Shown piece after piece: positions 62,519 to 64,000 of a DNA stretch of 64,000 nucleotides. The number at the start of each line of letters is the position of its first letter. The first letter of the stretch is position 1. The stretch is from Myxococcales bacterium (lineage in GTDB: Bacteria; Myxococcota_A; Polyangia; Polyangiales; Houyiibacteriaceae), in assembly GCA_019637115.1 (NCBI GenBank), contig JAHBWH010000022.1, positions 762 to 64,761 of the forward strand, written 5' to 3'. The position numbers and the translations under genes were made by a program. Below the pieces are notes generated by a model, which saw only the letters and a program-made list of their open reading frames with translations, ran no database searches and was not told where the DNA came from.

Positions 62519-63229
62519 TCAGGCCTCCGCTCCCGACTGGAAGGAGCTCGGGTCGATGCGGACGCCCGGACCCATGGTCGAGCTGAGCGTGATGCTCCGG
62601 AGATAGGTCCCCTTCGCAGCCGCCGGCTTCAACCTGACGAGCGTGTCGACGAGCATCTTCACGTTCTCGAGGAGCTTGTCCTCGGAGAACGAGGCCTTGC
62701 CCACGGGCACGTGGACGATGGCGCCCTTCCGCTCGACGCGGAACTCGACCTTACCCGCCTTCGCTTCGCTGACCGCCTTCTTCACGTCGAAGGTCACGGT
62801 GCCGACCTTGGGGTTCGGCATCAATCCGCGCGGCCCGAGCACCTTACCGAGCCGTCCCACGAGACCCATCATGTCGGGCGTCGCGATGACGGTGTCGAAC
62901 TCGAGCCAACCTTCGTCGTTGATCTTCGCGAAGTACTCGTCCCCGCCTGCGTAGTCGGCGCCCGCATCGGTTGCCTCGGCGATCTTCTCGCCTCGAGCAA
63001 ACACTAGGACTCGCTTGGTCGAGCCAGTCCCATGCGGGAGGACACAAGCACCACGAACCTGCTGATCCGCTTGTTTCGGATCGATGCCGAGGCGAACGGC
63101 GACGTCGACGGTCTCGTCGAAGCGCGCGAACGAGCACTCCTTGACGAGCGAGCACGCTTCGGTGAGCGTGTACCGATGACCACGCTGGACCTTTTCGATG
63201 GCGGTCCTACGCCTTTTACCGGTGTTCAT
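62519..63229 (-). CDS. rplA: 50S ribosomal protein L1
   Basis: 236 aa: [24 protein letters not shown]...[37 protein letters not shown]. Confidence 0.96.
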   Translation of the reverse strand: MNTGKRRRTAIEKVQRGHRYTLTEACSLVKECSFARFDETVDVAVRLGIDPKQADQQVRGACVLPHGTGSTKRVLVFARGEKIAEATDAGADYAGGDEYFAKINDEGWLEFDTVIATPDMMGLVGRLGKVLGPRGLMPNPKVGTVTFDVKKAVSEAKAGKVEFRVERKGAIVHVPVGKASFSEDKLLENVKMLVDTLVRLKPAAAKGTYLRSITLSSTMGPGVRIDPSSFQSGAEA

Positions 63230-63379
63230 TCATCCTCCTTCGACTCGCTGTAACTCGGCTCTCGCCTCGCCCAGCGCGTCTCCCACCTGAGATCCTGGGT
63301 GGTGCAGGCAGCACCGGACCATTCCGGTGCGTCACTTCGTTGGGGAGCACCTCGGAGCGTCGTGCTCCGAGCGTCGTGC

Positions 63380-63802
<423 letters not shown>

Positions 63803-63905
63803 GACTTCCGACCGCTACTTGCGAGAGCTCGTGGCGTGCGAGCGAGCTGAGAGGAGCGCCTACCGCATGCCGTTGCGGTGGGCCGTGGTTCGAGAGGCTT
63901 GGAGC

Positions 63906-64000
63906 TCAGACGGTCTTCTCGACCTGTCCGTATTCGAGCTCCACCGGGGTCGCTCGACCGAAGATGCTGATGAGGACCTTGACCTTGTGCTTGTCCGGGT
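63906..64000 (-). CDS. nusG: Transcription antiterminator NusG, C-terminal KOW end only (partial at window edge)
   Basis: My translation of the minus strand gives [30 protein letters not shown], the typical NusG C-terminus. It is in the conserved position upstream of rplK. Confidence 0.8.
   Translation of the reverse strand, partial: PDKHKVKVLISIFGRATPVELEYGQVEKTV

Noticed and set aside
63840-63905. A tRNA-like T-arm string (gtggttcgagagg) in the nusG-rplK spacer
   Set aside because: I could not build an acceptor stem, anticodon arm or D-arm around it. The spacer is only about 100 nt, and no tRNA is expected at this position of the cluster.

Overview
64-kb window from a very GC-rich chromosome (about 70% GC by eye). 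It looks myxobacterial (Polyangia/Sandaracinus-like), with many LxxC lipoproteins, Cys-rich repeat proteins and a Ser/Thr kinase. The right-hand ~17 kb (minus strand) is the conserved core cluster nusG(partial)-rplK-rplA-rplJ-rplL-rpoB-rpoC, followed by an AidB-like acyl-CoA dehydrogenase and sucA; all of these genes are intact. The left ~47 kb is accessory-like. It holds a Fur-box-fronted small-ORF/TonB-receptor/HmuY-like/Kelch cluster, about 12 predicted lipoproteins, esterase and PAP2 genes, an ABC-F ATPase and otsA/otsB (otsA N-terminally short). It also has an unusual density of broken genes: an enolase-family gene, a small alpha/beta protein gene, a PARP-zinc-finger...DUF1963 locus with at least 5 frame changes, a DUF1844 gene, an Rpn-family nuclease split by a MITE-like element with 33-bp perfect inverted repeats, and a DUF4365-like nuclease with an in-frame TAG. 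Three long GC-rich tandem-repeat arrays (13-mer, composite, hexamer) lie in intergenic DNA, and a 97-nt repeat occurs twice. The most interesting locus is 22.4-29.5 kb. It contains an HUH (IS200/RAYT-like) tyrosine-transposase-like gene with twin perfect palindromes upstream and a truncated duplicate of its own 5' end abutting the DUF1844 relic. Next to it is a tightly packed three-gene minus-strand operon: a 991-aa SNF2/RapA-like helicase, a DUF4365-type restriction-fold nuclease and a 362-aa protein with no nameable domain. I cannot assign this operon to any named defence or repair system. All domain assignments come from motif recognition by eye, not from database searches.
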